Source of the DNA: Tubiluchus corallicola
Lineage: Eukaryota; Animalia; Priapulida
Assembly: GCA_030141605.1 (NCBI GenBank)
Contig: JAQGDQ010000059.1
Coordinates: forward strand, 310,001 to 374,000
Direction of reading: 5' to 3'
DNA: 64,000 nt
This document shows positions 38,101 to 51,000 of this stretch, one piece after another. Position numbers and translations under genes: made by a program. The notes under the pieces were generated by a model, which had not been told where the DNA came from, searched no databases, and saw only the letters and a program-made list of their open reading frames with translations. Each line of letters opens with the position of its first letter. Position 1 is the first letter of the stretch.

Positions 38101-41100
38101 TTGTCCATACATTTCATACTGTATTCGCTATTAGCGAGCAAGGGCTTGTCAGACTGACAAGACTTAGCATGGACTGCCAATCTGTGTATTCTAAGAAGCA
38201 CTGAGAAAAATAACTCAAGTGGGCCACATGCAAGTTCGCTTGCTTAAAGGAGTGTGCTAAAAAGCAAAGTAATTTAATGTAGCAGCTTACTAAGCAAAAT
38301 GTGTTTTACAACATTTACTAAAACTGTCTGTATTAATTGTTTAATTATATATATTGGGAACAAATGGCAGGCATAAAAAGTTCATTTGTACATTCCTGAA
38401 ATAATACAAGCATTTTAACTGAATAATTATGTAGCATAACAATAATATTCAATAGCTACATTAAAGTCATTTGTAGAGTCCATTAAATTTCAGTTCTCAT
38501 CAAAACACTTTTCTGCATGTTTTTCCGTTTAGTGCCCAATTATCAAATGTAAGAACACTACATCATAACTTCAATGGGTTTTTGCATTATCTTTCTAATA
38601 TCAGCAAAGATTATCCATCATAACAATGAATTTTGTAACAAATTATTTGCATATTTTCATCTAACAGCAGCCAGCACTACCTAATAGTCTTGAACAATAC
38701 AGTCATATTCATATAGTTCTTGACATGAAAAAAATATAAAAATGCTCTTACCAAAGTGTGTAAAGCAACAGATGCTCTGCCAGCATACTGACCCATCCGA
38801 TGTCGAAAGTTTATATTATTACAAATATTCTGAACTTTTTTCTTTTCTAGTAGATCAGGAAATGTAGAATCAGCAGCGATTGCTGCAGCAAGCAGTCGAT
38901 GTACCATAATGTCAGCATACCTGAAAAAAGAGAGTAAAATATTAAATTAGTGTTCTCATTATGAACACTTGTTTTCTTAATAAATGTTGAAATTCTGCCA
39001 GTTCAATGTATTAAAATAGTCGTAACTACATTACATTTGATTTAATGATTCAGATAACCAGCACATTTTTGCCTTTTCTAGTTGTTACCATTAAGAAACT
39101 ATTTTAAACTTTGAACAGCATAGACAATAAAACAGATCAGATGCCTGAAATTACCGTCTGATAGGAGATGTGAAGTGTGTGTAAATGGGTGATGCTAATC
39201 CATAATGAAAGAATTCATTCTCAGGCATTGTTCCACTGCAAAAATAGACAGCTTGCATCATGCACCGTGTCGCTACAATACGTAGCATGGTGTTGAAGAA
39301 TGGGTTGTCTTTCAGCCGAGCTTTGTCTAATGACACGGCCAATTCTTTACCACTATTTACGTTTATATCAAATCCCTGTAAATCATGTGACAGAAGTTAA
39401 ACTAAAACAAATACAGTAAATATGCATTTCAGTTACAATATAACCATGTGTCAAGATCGATGTGTGATAAGCTTCGCCATGCAGCGCTTGTCAGTATTAC
39501 CGCATTACCACTGATAAGGTGCACAGAAAGTGCATATTATTAACTGCTAAACAAAAACTTGTCAGGAATGCAGCTCACTTTAGTCCTGACTCAACACTGT
39601 TTTAACTTTCTGCACTTTTCATGTGTTACAGTATGCGTTTATTTAAATAAACATGCACTGCAGGGTACTTTATTGTATAATCTATGACATTTAGGTTAAA
39701 CTACATAGCCTAGACACCATAAATTAATTCCTGTTGCTAGACAGACTAGTCACTGGCATTTGACAATTTGTGCTAATAATGAACTGAAATGAGCTTTTAA
39801 ATTAATGGTTCGTTTTCTTTATATTAATGTAAAATTGCTACCAAATTTTCATGTCATTTATTAAACTTAATTAACTCGGATCAATAATTCATTTCACACC
39901 ACCCTTCTCAAACGTGTCATTCTCGCTTGTTCCTGCTGCCTAATGTACTATCCAAGGCATGTTATCAGAAACTCAGTACTCTGTACCCTAAGTATGAATA
40001 GTTTTTTATAATTCTGGTTTTCGATGAGACAAATAAAATATGCATCATTCATATATGTTATACACAGATAAGTTATTTATTACTTTTTTGCAGTAGCTTT
40101 CGTGTAGGCCATGCATCCAATAAGAACTAGTGGAAGCAAAAATAGTGACATGAAAAGGCTCACAGATAACATTAATGCAAGATTTTCTAAATTCAAAACA
40201 GTATTTTTCTCACTCCAGTGCAATGTCAATTTATAAATGCTGCATAATTTTTTTGTTTACTGTATACTAGTAAGTCTTACAGTAAACTATTTGTGACTGC
40301 AGACAGCAGTTAAATAATGAAAAAATAGACATGACAACCTTGGTTTTTGCAGATTTTATGAGAGGGTCGTAGTTTGACAGTGGAGGTGCTGGATGCCGTC
40401 GCAAACAAGCCACATGTGGAAATTCGTCAAAAATTTTTTGTGCCACTGAACAGTTTGCGAGTAACATAAATTCTTCAACCATCGAATTAGTTTCCCTAAA
40501 GAGACAGACAGAACAAACTTTAATGTGCATATATATTTATGAAACAAGCAGTTACAACAGATGTGAACTGCAAATACAACGTAATTACAAAAGATTATAT
40601 TCGTCAGTTAAACTACCTACACACAGAAATACAGATACCTTGTTCATATAAAACAAAAAATTTACAGTATCTGTTAATAACAACTATTGCAATAGAAAAC
40701 CGGAGCAATCTTAATTTCACTGTTTGTGAAGATGAAAGATACTTACATAAGCTCTTTGCTCTGAACATCAATTGGGTCATGAGTTTCACTATCTACATAA
40801 AATCTGATTTCCATTGAAGCCAGAGACAAAGGCCTGTTGAAATAAATGCAAGTCAATTGTTTCACATTCCCTAACAATAAACCGAAGATACTTGCTGTAC
40901 AAAGCAAACGTTTCATGAAGCTAAGTGAAACTAATACCTACACATATATATCTGAATTGGAGTAAATATACAAAATGACATGCAATACAACAAATGTATA
41001 CGGTAATAAACAAATGACGAAAGCTAGACATTTTGCTCATAATAATATAACATTAAATAATAGGAGCGCCTTCTTACTCTAATGCAACTGTGTGAATGGA

Positions 41101-44100
41101 ATAGCAAATGAGTTAACATTAGAGCAAATTAAAATGTTCATTTATTCTGGAAAATTGATGTTAGCTCACCCCTGTTCTACTCGTCTTTGCTTCAGTATCT
41201 TTGCAAGCTTGTTCAGCTGTCGTAAACTTATAGTCAAGTTGTCTTTCCTATTCTTATCATCAATCATCATTTGAGCTTCGGCATATGTAAGTGATGCCTG
41301 TGTTTAATAAAAATCGCAAAAAATGTATTATGCAGGTACATTGCCATGCTTGCACCATCTTAAGAATTAGATCCTAGTTAGACATAAGGTGATTCGTAAA
41401 AATTGGAGATTTTCAACTTTTCAAAAATTGACAGAAGGCAGCACATAGCGGCTTTGTAGAGTATCCTATACATCAACCTCCCTAAACTAAGTATTTACAA
41501 ATTCAAGGATACGTAAGCAGCTCTACAAAATATCCTATGCATCAGCCTCTCTAAAGTATTTCAAAAATTCACTGATGTTTCAAAACTCATTAACATTAGC
41601 AAATAAGATTGTTCAACTTGCTACCACACTATTCAGTAAAAAGAAGCACAATATGCAGTTGGTTATAATTTAGTATATTTTTTGTTCCATTATACTTTTG
41701 CCAGTGACATTTTCAAGTTGTCTTTACATTATATTGTTTTTACTTTCTTTAGACATAGACGTTTAGCTTTTTGTTCTACAGAAATTAATACTGAAAAAAG
41801 TATGAAAGCACAAGTTTGACCAACCTTAGATCGTATCACGCTCTTAGTAAATTTAGTATTCAATATCTCTGCTTGCCGATTTAGTTCCCATAAACAGGAA
41901 AAGGCAAAACGATCTCCATCTGATCGCAGAGAACACAAGTTCGAACTCAGTAACTCTGGCACCATGTCTATTCGCCGATCCACAAGGTAAACAGTAGTAC
42001 CCCTATTAGACGCTTCATGGTCTATTGCCGTTCCCGGACGAATAAAATGACTTACATCAGCTATATGGACACCAACTTCAAAGTTGCCATTTTTAAGTTT
42101 TCTAAAAAAATTTATTTGACAGTTTATTGCCCGACGAGTGAGCTAAAATCACAACTAACAACGAACATGATAGTTTGAATACTGTTGATAAAAACTAAGA
42201 TAAAATAGCACCTCCATCTTTACATTTTTGCAACGTGTCCCAAACAAGGCCGGTAATTACATAGGGTTTGGGATCTAAAACAAAAAAAAATCGTAGTCAA
42301 ATTTACCGTAATAAGTTTTGAAGCTCATCCAAAAATCAAACTAACCCTGTTGCCAACAAATTCTTACTGTGGAGTTTATAAAACATTTGGATAGAACAGA
42401 ATGAGTAACTCTTTTATGTTAGGAAATCCCACACAATGTAGAAACTGATGATAACGGCATTTTATGAAATTAACTCTCCTCGATAACAAATTTAGAGTTA
42501 AATTAAAAATGAATGAATATGAAACTAATATGCCACAAATTACATACCTGCAGTGCAAAGCATCATCAATATCAGTGCAACCTGGAGGATCAACACTGCA
42601 AATATCTAAGTGTCTCAGGTCTTGCCTTTTCTCTAGATCCTACATGAAAACAATTATATATATTAATCGCTTCTCAACAGCTTATCCTTGACAAAGAGCT
42701 AGGTAAGCATAAATTTCAGTTCTGCCACAACAAACAGCAACATTGTGACTTCTAGTTTGCACACTGCTGAAATGTATGAAAAAAATGGCTTGTTTATTGC
42801 CAGATACTACACGTAGAAGCTAGTTTTCTGCCATTCATGCTCATTGCAGAAGCATATAGTATGATATCTGCGCATAATAATAATTGATGTAACCTTTCAC
42901 TATTTTTTTCTATAATGAAAGTTCGGCGCATCTTAATTTAAATCGCACGAGTGATCAGTGATGTATATTACACCATAGATTTCAGCATTACGAAAACTAA
43001 TACATTTCAATGAAAGCTAATGTGAAATGCCCACAAAATCGCAAAACTTTTCTATTACCATGTCACTAAAAACACCTTGCCTGATTCACAATCTGAGATT
43101 CCTTTTACTAGTGCAAAGTCATGTGGAAGATAACTATAAATAAAGAACATATTATATTGTGAATCTAATTAGCCACCTCATCAGTAATTGTCCATGATAA
43201 CTTTGGCAGGCAGTTCAGTACAGATTCAGAAAACGTAGAATGTGGTACATCGTGCTCCAACAATAAAACCTCATTTTCCGTTTCCTTGTCTCCCACCTCA
43301 CCCAGCTTGCGAACAAAGTGACCCTAAAAGTAATAATATCATAATTTGATTAAAGAAATATATCACATTGTCTACTTTGATTGACAAAGTATGATGCACA
43401 ATCTGCCTGTTATGACATTTAGTTTTCTGTACTTTGGAAAATCCAAAAAGCCACAATTGGTGTTTTCTACTACTTGTTGCATAAATACAAATTCTGATAA
43501 AATAATAAATATAGTAATAAAAATGTGTAACATGCAGTTTCAGATAGCTGCAATAAGAAGTGATAAAACCACTTCTGTATGAAGAAAATAAAAAATTCAG
43601 GAAACTTTTAAAAACCAATTTGACTAGCCAACACACAGAAAATTCGCTAAAAACAGTAAACGAGTGTTTATTTTATTAGTAAACCTCCTTGTTAGCTATT
43701 AATCTGTGTAAGCATTCACTACGTGACTGGATTACAGGAAGCAGAAATGTAGGTGATAATATATGAGCTCAATAGTAAGCACTTTTGACCGGCAATTAGA
43801 TTACGGAAACAAACCTGCAACACAACCAGGTTCTTCTTTTAAATCTAAACTTTATAATTTTTTCCAAGAAGTGAAGTTCAAATCCACCACATAAAAATAA
43901 ATGTACCAGATAAACAAGATGTTATTGTAGTGAATCTGAAACAAGACTTTTGGCATTTTTTATCTACATAAGCAAGTTTTTTATGTCACCTCTTCGTTGT
44001 CGTGTTTGCATATCCATTTAGATAAACTGTGTATATAAGCGCTTTGAGTTAAAGAAAGAGAAAAGACAAAAACAGAAAAGTTAGTAAGGAACAAAATTGG

Positions 44101-44972
44101 AAGAGAGAAAGAAGCACACACAGCAGAAGAAAAAAGAACACAAAAAGAGATTCTTTTCTGAGCGCTGATAAAAATTAATTTTAAATAACTGAATTCACAC
44201 TGGTAATATAACGAAATAGATTTAACTAACTGACATACTTACATAAATTAAGTCACTACAATAACAGTTCTAAGGCACTTATTTTTCATTAAATACGCTC
44301 CCGTAAGAGCTAAGAAAAATTGCGGACCACATCCTTTTCAGGTTGTAGGCCGCGGGGTATTGGGAAAAGTTTTCAACTAGCAATAATCCCGCCTCGGATA
44401 AACCTCACTGGCTAGGATACTGCCACTGCGCAAAGCTGAAGCAGCAGCATGCCGCTCAACTTATAAAGGATAACAGCAATTAATTGTTTGTGGTGTGTTA
44501 ACAAATCTCGCATTACACCAGCAACCGTTTGTGGTGTGTTATGCGTAACACCGTCATGTTAGGAAAAACTGTTCAACTAAAAATTTTTTGGCTATATGAA
44601 ATCATTTAATTTAAAAATATCAGCAAGAAATAGTTTGATTCAATGTATGCAATAATTCCGATTTTGTACCAAAACAATATTGCACATAATCTTTATAATT
44701 TTGCCAAGATTTTATGTTTGGTTTGAAAACTTTCATTTGACATGACTTTTCATCTGATAAAACTATTATAGAAGAAGCAGCAAATAATTAAGTTGGAATA
44801 AAAGCAATACTGTGATTGGCTAGGCATATAAAATATACTAAAACATAGGTAATACTAACTAGGTCATACATTTAGATATTTTATTTTATTTTTCAAATAA
44901 ACTGAAATTTATTGTAATTAATATAAAAATCTAAGGCAAATATATGCAATTATATATTATATATAAGGCAAT

Positions 44973-45034
<62 letters not shown>

Positions 45035-45040
45035 CCTTAC

Positions 45041-45075
<35 letters not shown>

Positions 45076-48000
45076 CCTTACATTTTTCATTAATTACACC
45101 CAGATTTCATTGAACTAATTGAATTATGTATTTAGTTAAACTTTTTTTTGTTTTCTATTATATCTGACAAAGTTTTCAATAGACTTTTATCTTTGATTAA
45201 TAATTGATACCAAAATTTGTGTTACCAGGTGGTGGCAACCAGACTCTGCTGCTAACAAAAATGTAATTTTCATGAAAAGTGGTGTTATCTATGACAAAGA
45301 TTTATTGTTTCAATTGGTTTTAAACTGTTTTACTGACTCTGTGATGTTATTCCTCCAAGTTTTTATCTTGTCTTGCAATATCTTTTATGTTTTTTTAATC
45401 TTTTTTCTATTTTTATTGTATTCACACTTTGTATTCAGTTTTGTTGCTATGGAGTGACTCCTTAATAAAACCCATTACTGATTTATTTAAAGTTTCCAAA
45501 GACAGTTCCAGCCTGGGCTCCCAAACTGAATATTCAAATGAATCTTAGAAGACTTTTTCAAACGTTACTCATGAACAACTTTGCCATATCTGATTAGTTT
45601 TCAGTTAAATTAATGGCACTGAGCTGAGGAAGAAAACCTGAGTTGTCATCAGGTTGAACACTATCCAATCGATCTGTGATCAGTTATCAATAATTGAAAT
45701 ACATTAGAGTTCAAGAATTACATTTAAGCTGAATTACCTAATGAATTACTGAAAAAGCACAAATCATGACAGTTTTGACAATATAGAAATCACAGCACTT
45801 GGATTTATAACAAAACTCAAAAGTTTGCATGCTTGTTCAAACTGTTTACAGCAGGGGCTGGTACTGATGAAGACTCAGCTATTAAAACTGTAAGCCTGTA
45901 AAACAGCATCAATAAATGAAACATTTTAAGGTAAAGGTTTTGAAATGCCCCTGCTAATAAAATAAAGGTAATGTAAATAATTTAATTTCCTAATTCTTTG
46001 CAAAATAATAATAGCATGGCTTCAAGGGGCAAATGCATTGAGACATCAGTTAAGCATGAACTAAAGTGTATTTTTAATACATTTGAGCTCTTGGTCCGCC
46101 TCTTTTACTAGCCAATGACACAATTGCAACAGCACTACATATCATGAGTGCACAAAAAATTTGCATCATGCTTTCTGACATTACGATTGAGACAAAAGAA
46201 AAAAGTGATAATATTAGGAACACAAAATGAACTTGATTAACTATTTATTGCTTCTTAGTTACTGCCCCAATAACTTACAAGATATTAACTTCACTACGAT
46301 CCCGAGAAACTGATCTGCCACACATTTATTTCGCATTCTGGCAACGCAATACAGTTTAGCTAATTAAAAAATAAAAATTAAGATTCTAATTAAATAACGA
46401 AAAATTATTGTTAAAAAAATCTTCTACACAGAATGCGACCGATCACATTTGAAATTTTGCACATTATGAGCAGAATCACTCACAATTTTGCATTTAGGTT
46501 AGTTGTTCTTTGTGCTGAATGCTATAAAATGTAATCTGAACATTTGCATACAAGTCACAAGCTATTTGAAGAACATGAAATGTGTACTTGTTTTTCCCAT
46601 TTCAGAAGCGACTTTTCTGTAGCTAATGTAACCAGACGACATTGCTTCGTTAGTGAACTAGTCTGCTTGTACATACGCTTTTCAAGTATATTATCCATGT
46701 TTTTTGTACATACATATATAATAATAATAAATGGTTACTCTTTAAGACTGTGCTGACTAGTTTTGGGTTTGGTCATTCATCGTGTTACGCTAACACCATT
46801 TCCCAAAATGTTAAAAATTTTATTGAAATCCGTCCACGACTTTTTTATCTATTATCAGTATTATGTGGACAGATAAACACTCTCTGATAAATGCATAACT
46901 TCAAAATATAGGTATCTAAGTGAAGGTAACAATGGATAAGTACATTGATGAGAGTAGTAAAACATACCAAGTCAGTGATGTTTTGATTATTAACAACAAT
47001 TTTGTTATACTGGATAGTCAATAAAGTCAAATTGCTCGCAGTAACTCCATAGTAAATCACATTACTCAAACAAGTAAATTTTTTTACTAGTATCACGTAC
47101 CTGTGGATAACGTGAGTGCCTAGGCCAGGAATCAATTGCCACGACGATGCGCATCCCTTGTAGAGCGGTTGCTTGTCTTGTTTCTATGCAGATTTTTGGA
47201 ATTCGTCGCTCAGCTGGTATAAATAAGTGCCGCACTGACTACAGTAAACAAATAAGTATAATGTGACAACATCAAGAAAACACCAACACATTTCTAAAAA
47301 TTTCAAGAGATAATATAAAAATTGTGACAAGTGGTGAGACAAATTAGTTAGATTTTGTTATTATTTACTGCTACAAAATTTCAACATATTACAAGAAGAA
47401 AACACCAAACAACTACAACTAATTTTTTCTCCCACTTGTCAAAGCAAGACGGAAATGCACACGCAAATAACATCTTACCTCTTTTCTACTAGCAGGCTGT
47501 AGAATTCCACAGTACTGTCTCCACTTTCGCTTGACTATCCCCACAACTCTGCCTGTCATTACTTTGTTGTTTGCTTTCTCGTTTTCTAGCTCCTGCAAAT
47601 AAAATGCATGAAGTGTATTAGTTATAATAAGAAGGACAAGTGCAACTTTTCACTATGCTGGAGTTACTTAAATATTACTATTCACTTGATACTCCATGCA
47701 ACTCGTATACTGGTTCTAGCACTATATGTAAATTATAGTGAGTTGGGCTGCTCTAGCACATTAATATGTTATACAGAGTTGGGATGTTCTTATAACAGCT
47801 TCTCCAGCTCCTGTCATTGGCATTAAAGGTGAACCCTTGAAACCGTACAGGTCTTTATGTGAGTAACATCCTTTATGCATGTAACATTGTGTTAACATAC
47901 GAAATCTGGCACTTTGGTGTATTTAAAATGTTTATGTTCTGCATATGCATTTTCTGTTGACAAGAGTTATTCCAATCTCTGTTCATGCCATAGACGTTTT

Positions 48001-51000
48001 TCTAGTGTAAAACAAAGGTTTATCAGTTTTAGTCTTCTTTCTTATTTTTACACTTAAGATGCAGTTATACATTAGAGGAAACAAGTGTAAGGGCAGTCCA
48101 GGTTGTAATTAATGCTAGTCAAGCAAACCCTTGGTTAGGCATGCATTGTTTAGCTGATAACTATGGTTTTCATTGAAATGATGTTAATAATTTTGGCTAT
48201 ACAAATAAACAAATTACCTTGGTTTGTGTCAAATATTTTTTGTAGTAGCATTAAGCAAAAGGGCTACACTCAACTCTGGCACCCCAAAAAGTTGGCGTGA
48301 CCAAGCTTGATAGAATTAAATGTAAACTTTAGCAACAATTGCATTTGCAAAATCCTGAAGTAAGACGAAATTCAACATACCAACACATACGAATTTAAGC
48401 TCTTTCATCATTTATATCCTCATAATTATAAACTAGATGACTAGTCTGAGGGAGGCCAATTTCAGTATAATCCAGCATTTACACTGAGTATGAGGTTAAA
48501 CATGGGCTCAGTCCTTATGCAGTGAAAGCATCCTTTGTCATTTAAGACTCACTGCAATGCTTGCCCACAACTAAATCCGACTTTTTCATCTTTAGCAAAG
48601 TCTTTAATACATTGGCCATTAAATTACTTGTTTACAGCAAACATCTACTAATGTACCATGCTATTCAATTAGTATTTTCATTTTACAAAGCAATTTTTTA
48701 TTAGAGTTTTACCTCATTGGCTTTCTCTTCATCGTCAGGAGCTTCAGTTTTATCTTCCAGCATCAGCGAGGAAGGGCATGACCATTGGCTGTGAGGTAAT
48801 ATCTGCACGGCAACCACATCTTCATGGATTGCCCGATTCAAATGTGAATGACCCTGAATAAACACCTGGAACATCATAAAGATTTGTGTGGTTTTCTAAT
48901 TAAACAAACACCTAATACTATTCACAAATGAAAGGGTATTGTAAATGTAGAACAAGCTCTTTGCAAACTATTATTTTACAACTTTGTATTACATTTAGCG
49001 GTGCTGAAAAATACAGCAAATGTTATTCGCAAACTGGCATCACATTATCATCTTACTTTTCTAACAAATGATTGAAACGTGCTCAGAAATACAAGTAATA
49101 TACCTGTACCCAGCTTTCAAATATCATCTGCTTTTTTGATACGATAGGTCATCAAGTAGTAAGTTTATTATACGGCCTAGTTACACAGCAAGTTGGCATC
49201 CATGCACTAAGTGGTAAGGCTAACTTGTTGCATTGATAAATGTGGTTGTGAGTTGATGAACCTTTCTCATCATTAAACAGATTTCCCAACCTGGCAAAGG
49301 CATCTTAGCTATGTACGAATGTGTGTACGTCCTCCCTCAATGTCAGAAACAAATGGAGGTAATATGGCGGAAGCAATTTGCTTGAGGGTAACGCATCTAT
49401 TTTCTTGTGACTTAACACACACTGTGACCACTCGATTATTCTCGAATTGATCACAACAGACATTTTAACATTCTAGATTGATCACACAAAGAGGTCATTT
49501 ATGCATTGGTGCATTGTAATGGAATCGCACAATAGTTAAGATTGCTAAAATGTAAAGGCTGTTATTATGAAATATTTATGGCCAACGGTAAATCGTTGTT
49601 CTACAAAATATTACATTAAATGAAAATTTGATTAATAAACGATGACAATTAATAAAAATTTTATTAATAAATGACTGGTTAGTTCTTGAAACATTATCAT
49701 CTGTTAATAAAGACTGGTTAATATTAAAAATATTTGTGGGATTATATGCAAAAACTATATTTGCTTGCCTGTCAATTGTTTGTACAACTGTTTCTGCTTG
49801 TTAGGTTTTAGAGGCACAGGTAGAAGTGAAGAGGGTCCTGCTAAATATCACAAAAATGGTAACATTTCTCTGAAATAGTTTACTTTCTGTCTTAACTATA
49901 AGTACAATGTTGTTTAACAACTTTCAGTAATTCCGGCCAATCAGCCAGAAATCATTATGTTAGCCCCCTTATGTAATTAAGCCTGTATTCCACTACCTAT
50001 AACGTCAAATTTACTTAAAAATAAATAAAATAAACTGACGTACCACTTCTTCCTCATCTGCCAATGTCACGTTGGCCTCTAGATAGTTCTCACGGCTTGC
50101 ACGAAATGTTCCTTGTCGATATTTACCATTTTTTATTCCTGCCATTATTTGTGACAATGGCAGATGCTCAGGATAGGTAATCCGCCTTCCATCATTGATG
50201 TCAGCATCAGGCTTCATTAAAAAAAAATAAAGCTTTCATTTAGAAAAATCACACAACATCACACAGCATAAAAAAGATTAATAATGGATTTCTGACTCAT
50301 CGCCCAAAATCCTTAATCTAGTGTGTGAGAAAAAAGCAGAGTAAAAAAATTAAAAACTTGAAAACAGAAACTTATAAAGAAATATGACGTACTGCATGAG
50401 TTCGATCATGTTCGCTGTTGGCAAGCTTGTCTGCTAACTCTGGGTAATTCACAAGGCTTTTCACATATGAAGCAGCTGAAAAAGCAGTGCTTGAAATTAA
50501 ACCATCATACTGCATTACCAAGTTTGATGATGAAAAATAGCACAGCAGTTCTATTATTTCAATCAGTATTACTAATGCCACAAATATCCAATACGTTTGC
50601 ACTTAAAGCAAACTGAATCAAAGCATAGATGTGTTTGTTTATTTAACTAATAAACAAACCAGTAGAACCTATACACAAATATCAAAATAACTGTGTTAAA
50701 TAACTACAAAATGATTTAATACAAGCTCTGTTTTTCTCCCTTTGTGACAATTGCAAGTCTGGTGACAAAATAAGTTCCTCTGCAGCACGGTTAGTACAGT
50801 ACCAGCTTTACACCATAGGATTCCCTGGTTCCGTGTGCTGCTTGAGGGAGGGCCGTTTCATTGCTTCTGTTTGCTAACACAAGTGTTTTTATAGAGTAGC
50901 ATGGTACACAGAAATGCAAGAAAAGTCAAATCCTAACCATAAATATAAGACTCCTTTTTTCAATTACAGTACATAAATTCCAACCAATATATTAATTAAG

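Noticed and set aside
7560-42691. Opposite-strand ORFs over exons (e.g. 7560, 11378, 13789, 30328, 42464)
   Set aside because: Antisense shadows of real coding exons.
45623-45660. Hammerhead-like CTGAGGA...stem...GAAC
   Set aside because: GAAA core is broken, the stem is out of register and stems I/III were not found. The surroundings look like decayed LINE sequence.
50780-50850. tRNA/SINE-head-like sequence (also a GGTTTCGATCC B-box-like motif near 2877)
   Set aside because: No cloverleaf can be built and the A/B boxes are too degenerate to call.
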